From the NCBI GenBank assembly GCA_965250285.1, contig OZ252299.1, positions 3,328,001 to 3,392,000 on the forward strand: a stretch of 64,000 bases of DNA, in the 5' to 3' direction. Positions 60,948 to 64,000 of the stretch are shown here, one piece after another. The translations under genes and the position numbers were made by a program. Origin of the DNA: Myxococcota bacterium (GTDB lineage Bacteria > Myxococcota_A > UBA9160 > UBA4427). Each line of letters starts with the position of its first letter. Position 1 is the first letter of the stretch. Under the pieces are notes generated by a model. That model made no database searches, was not told the origin of the DNA, and saw only the letters and a list, made by a program, of their open reading frames with translations.

Positions 60948-61692
60948 GGGCGACCTCCTCCCCGTGCGAGCTCGATGCGTCGGGCGCGCCGTGACCGACC
61001 GGCGCCGCTTCGACGTCTTCCTGCGCCGCGCGCGCGGCGTGCGCCGGCGGCGCGACTTCCGCGACCGGCACGGCCACCTCGACCGATGCGCCGTCGGTGG
61101 CCCGAGCGAGATCGAGCTCGTCGAGACTTCGCCGGGCCACGGTGAAGCGCTGGACGACCGTGATCGTCGCGCCCACCGCGAGTGCCCACAACGCGATCTC
61201 CATGATGCCGAAGACGCCGCCGGCGACGATGATGAAGATGCGCTCACCGCGCTCGACGATGCCGACGTGCAACTCGATGTCGAGCCCTTCGGCTCGGGCG
61301 CGCGTGTACGACGTGAGCACGCTCGCTGCGAGGCCGACGCCGGCCACCCACGCCGTCACGATGTCGCCCGACGACGCGAAGTGGATCGCGAGGCCGGTCA
61401 ACACGGCCATGTCGACCAGGCGATCGAGGGTCGAATCGAGGAACGCGCCGAACGCGGTGCTCACGTCGAAGTGGCGCGCGACGACGCCGTCGACCATGTC
61501 GAACATCGCACCGCCCCAGAGCAGCAGTGCCCCCGTCAGCAGCGCGCCCTGCCCGAAGGCGAAGGCACCGCACAGACACACGAGGGTGCCGAGCACGGTG
61601 AGGAGGTTCGGATCGACCTCATTGCGAAACAGGAAGGGCACGCCCGCCTTGACCCAGCGGTCGAGCTCCTTGCCAAACTTGTCCTTGATCAC
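60937..61692 (-). CDS. CDP-alcohol phosphatidyltransferase family protein
   Basis: PNLLT, DMVDGVVAR...GAFLDSTLD signature, SYTRARAE, ERGER. Confidence 0.93.
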   Translation of the reverse strand: MIKDKFGKELDRWVKAGVPFLFRNEVDPNLLTVLGTLVCLCGAFAFGQGALLTGALLLWGGAMFDMVDGVVARHFDVSTAFGAFLDSTLDRLVDMAVLTGLAIHFASSGDIVTAWVAGVGLAASVLTSYTRARAEGLDIELHVGIVERGERIFIIVAGGVFGIMEIALWALAVGATITVVQRFTVARRSLDELDLARATDGASVEVAVPVAEVAPPAHAARAAQEDVEAAPVGHGAPDASSSHGEEVAHGK

Positions 61693-61748
61693 GCCCGGAT
61701 CCTCGAGCGCGCACCGGCTGGCCGTGCGGCCAGCGGGTGCGCAGCGGC

Positions 61749-62009
61749 TCAGACGGTCGAACCGCCGAACCCACCTTCGGGTGCGGGCGGTGCGGCCGGC
61801 GGCGGCGCGGCGGCCTCGGGAGCCGGCGCGGCCGCTGCGGCGGCCGGCGCGGCGGCCTCGGGGGCCGGCTCTTCGGTACCGTCGTGGATCTTCTCGGTGG
61901 CGTCTTCGAGGCCCTCGAGATGGGCCTCCATCTCGCCGGGTGCGAGCCAGCCGCGGCGCTGCTCGAGGCGGCGGTCGAACTTGAGCTTGTCCTGATCGTC
62001 GAGATTCAT
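61749..62009 (-). CDS. Small hypothetical protein (86 aa) with an Ala/Pro-rich tail
   Basis: AAGGAG SD before the ATG, typical codon usage, and an ordered-looking N-terminal half (KFDRRL...LEGLEDA). Confidence 0.7.
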   Translation of the reverse strand: MNLDDQDKLKFDRRLEQRRGWLAPGEMEAHLEGLEDATEKIHDGTEEPAPEAAAPAAAAAAPAPEAAAPPPAAPPAPEGGFGGSTV

Positions 62010-62018
62010 GTCGTCTCT

Positions 62019-62073
62019 CCTTGCCTTCGTGGCCGTGCGTGCCTTGCGTGCCTTGCCTTCGTGGCCGTGCGTG
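62019..62073. repeat. 23-bp direct repeat (2 copies, 32-bp period)
   Basis: CCTTGCCTTCGTGGCCGTGCGTG at 62019-62041 and 62051-62073. Confidence 0.85.
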
Positions 62074-62301
62074 GTCGTGCCTGGCCGTGCGCACGCTCCA
62101 CCACCGAGGACGCCCACGCGCGGGATGGGACCGGGACGAAACCGGCTCCGACAGCGGGCCGCCCTCGGGGCGCCCACCGGATGCGGCTCGATGAGGCGTC
62201 GCACCGGAAGAACCATCCCCGGCGCTCGGTGGTCGAATCGTGTGGATGTGGCCCGGGTCGTCCGGAAGCGCGAACAGTAGCAGAACCGGCGCCGCGTGAA
62301 A

Positions 62302-62330
62302 TTGACACCCCCGCAGCCCGCCTCTAGCCT
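62302..62330 (+). promoter_or_regulatory. Sigma-70 promoter upstream of bamD
   Basis: TTGACA, 17-nt spacer, TAGCCT. Confidence 0.7.
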
Positions 62331-62351
62331 GCCGCCGCTCCCGCCCGGCGC

Positions 62352-63203
62352 GTGAAGGACCCCGCTTCGATGAGATCCGCGATCCGCCCCCACCGCCCCC
62401 TGCGTGCTGCGACCGGCGCAGCCGCGCGCGCGCTCGCGCTCGGATGCGCGCTGGCGCTGCTGGTCGGCATCGGCGTGACGGGCTGCAAGAAGGGCGACCC
62501 GAGCTTCGAAGACGTTCCGCCCGCCGACGAGCTGTGGGCCGAGGGGCAGCGCCGACTCGAGGGGCGCAACATCTTCGGCTACCGCTGGATCAACTACGGC
62601 AAGGCGATCGAGTCGTTCCAGGCGATCGTCGACAACTACCCCTACAGCGAATACGAGATCGACGCCGAGCTGCAGATCGCCGACGCGTACTTCAAGGACA
62701 AGAAGTACGAAGAGGCGCTCTCGTACTACCGCGACTTCGCCGAGCTGCATCCCCAGCACCCGAAGGTGCCGTACACGGTGCTGCGCTCGGCGCTCTGCCA
62801 CTACGAACAGATCGAGTCGATCGACCGCGATCAGACGAACACCCGGGCGGCGATGGAGATCCTCGAGGAATTACTGCGGCGGTTCCCCTACAGCCCCGAG
62901 ACCAAAGAGGGCGAGGTCATCCTCTTCGAGCTGCGCACCCGGCTCGCCGAGAACGTGATGGAGATCGGGGACTTCTATCTCGTCCGCGATCAGTATCAGA
63001 GCGCTGCGAGCCGCTATCGAACCGTGCTCGACGAGTATCCCGGGCTGGGGCTCGACGCCGAGGCGCTCTACAAGCTGGGGCTCTGCTACGAGCACATGAA
63101 GCTCGAGGACGAGGCGCTGCGGCTCTACCACGTGGTCGTCGAGAACTTCCGAAACACCGATCTGGCCGCGAAGGCGGCCGAGCGCATCGCGCGCGCCAAT
63201 TGA
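62352..63203 (+). CDS. bamD: Outer membrane protein assembly factor BamD
   Basis: Lipobox VTGC, YPYSEY, AELQIADAYF, LHPQHP, DRDQT, IGDFY. Start could be ATG 62370. Confidence 0.92.
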   Translation: MKDPASMRSAIRPHRPLRAATGAAARALALGCALALLVGIGVTGCKKGDPSFEDVPPADELWAEGQRRLEGRNIFGYRWINYGKAIESFQAIVDNYPYSEYEIDAELQIADAYFKDKKYEEALSYYRDFAELHPQHPKVPYTVLRSALCHYEQIESIDRDQTNTRAAMEILEELLRRFPYSPETKEGEVILFELRTRLAENVMEIGDFYLVRDQYQSAASRYRTVLDEYPGLGLDAEALYKLGLCYEHMKLEDEALRLYHVVVENFRNTDLAAKAAERIARAN

Positions 63204-63429
63204 GGCCCCGCTCCCGCACGATGTCGTGACGCCTGCACACTTTTGGGCGGACGGCCGCGCTGCCTCCGATTACAATGCGGCTGGCGGCGCTCGCCGGGGG
63301 GTCGAGCGCAGTCGGGTCGATGCCACCGCATCGACCGACCGGGCCGAACGGGCTCGCGCCGCGAACCGAGGCCGGTTCTGCCTCACGTCTCGCCTCACGC
63401 ACGCAGCCTCCCGGACGGAGCAAGTCCCG

Positions 63430-64000
63430 ATGGCGCAGCCGGTCCCGACGTCCGCGCAGATGACGGCCAACGAGCGCGAGTCGTACTCGCGCGGCCGCGC
63501 TCACTTCGAGCGCGGTGAGATCGATCCGGCCCTCGAGACGTTCGGTGCGCTGCTGCGCACGAAGGATGGCTTCGCGGACGTTCACTACATGGTGGGCGTG
63601 CTCTTCGACCGCAAGGGCGACCTCGACGCAGCCGCGGAGAGTCTGCGCAAGGCGATTCGCCTGAACCCGAACTATGCCGAGGCGCTGCTCGCGCTCGCTT
63701 CGATCCACGAGCAGCGCGGCGACTTCGACCGCTCGCGTGAGCTGGCGGAGCGCGCCGCCGAGGTGTCGCGTGCCGGCGCAGGCGCGCTCGACGCGACGAC
63801 CCAGGGCAAGCTGGCCAACCTGCAGGCGGCCGTCGGCGACGCGTATGCCGAGGTCGGCGACCGCCGCGAGGCAATCGAGGCCTACCGGAAGGCGCTCGAG
63901 CGCTGTCCCGACTTTCACGACATTCGCCACCGCCTGGGCGTCACGCTGCGCGAAGCGGGACTGCCGGCGCAGGCCGCCATCGAGTTCAGGCGTGTGCTGC
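63430..64000 (+). CDS. TPR-repeat protein, 3'-truncated by window edge (not in the supplied ORF track)
   Basis: GGAG SD, then MAQPVPT...FADVHYMVG...AIRLNPNYAEA...KLANL...CPDFHDIRHRLG. Frame is open to the window end. Confidence 0.88.
   Translation, partial: MAQPVPTSAQMTANERESYSRGRAHFERGEIDPALETFGALLRTKDGFADVHYMVGVLFDRKGDLDAAAESLRKAIRLNPNYAEALLALASIHEQRGDFDRSRELAERAAEVSRAGAGALDATTQGKLANLQAAVGDAYAEVGDRREAIEAYRKALERCPDFHDIRHRLGVTLREAGLPAQAAIEFRRVL

Noticed and set aside
53713..62091. Short direct repeats considered as CRISPR remnants
   Set aside because: Only two copies each, no unique spacers of regular length and no cas genes.
63234..63249. NtrC-like site TGCACACTTTTGGGCG upstream of the TPR gene
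   Set aside because: One base short of the 17-bp spacing, an imperfect right half-site and no partner site.

Overview
A very GC-rich (roughly 70% by eye), densely coding bacterial core-genome segment with about 59 CDSs and one tRNA. Gene content and order (ispE-tRNA-Gln-prs-rplY-pth, DUF1844, bamD-TPR, PEP-CTERM, sigma-54 regulator) fit a Myxococcota/deltaproteobacterial-type organism; this placement is inference. From left to right: AsmA-like protein, rfaE2, a translationally coupled MoxR/DUF58/Bat operon, an atypical acyltransferase, moeA with a degenerate mobA-like gene, ntrBC-like two-component genes coupled to thiE and nupC, acetoacetyl-CoA ligase/SDR, a WYL regulator, lspA, a PaaX-like regulator with a desaturase, mrp, thiD with a membrane MutS-domain protein, a PEP-CTERM gene, an orphan RnfD-like/DUF2330 pair, a peptidoglycan-recycling trio, a symporter-binding protein fusion, a secreted flavin oxidase, dnaB-rplI-rpsR-rpsF, pdxR-like/pdxS/pdxT, nhaA and the prs locus. 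I found no CRISPR array, prophage, transposase or recognisable defence system, and I cannot show a clear-cut new system from sequence alone. The best leads are: (i) the RnfD-like + DUF2330 (CxxC) two-gene module; (ii) a DnaB with an RG-rich N-terminus and an SSB-like Gly/Phe/Asp tail next to an ssb-less rpsF-rpsR-rplI operon; (iii) a repeated leaderless-promoter pattern; (iv) several enzymes with altered catalytic motifs; (v) a 39-bp tandem duplication at the pdxR/pdxS junction. All product calls come from motif recognition, not database searches.
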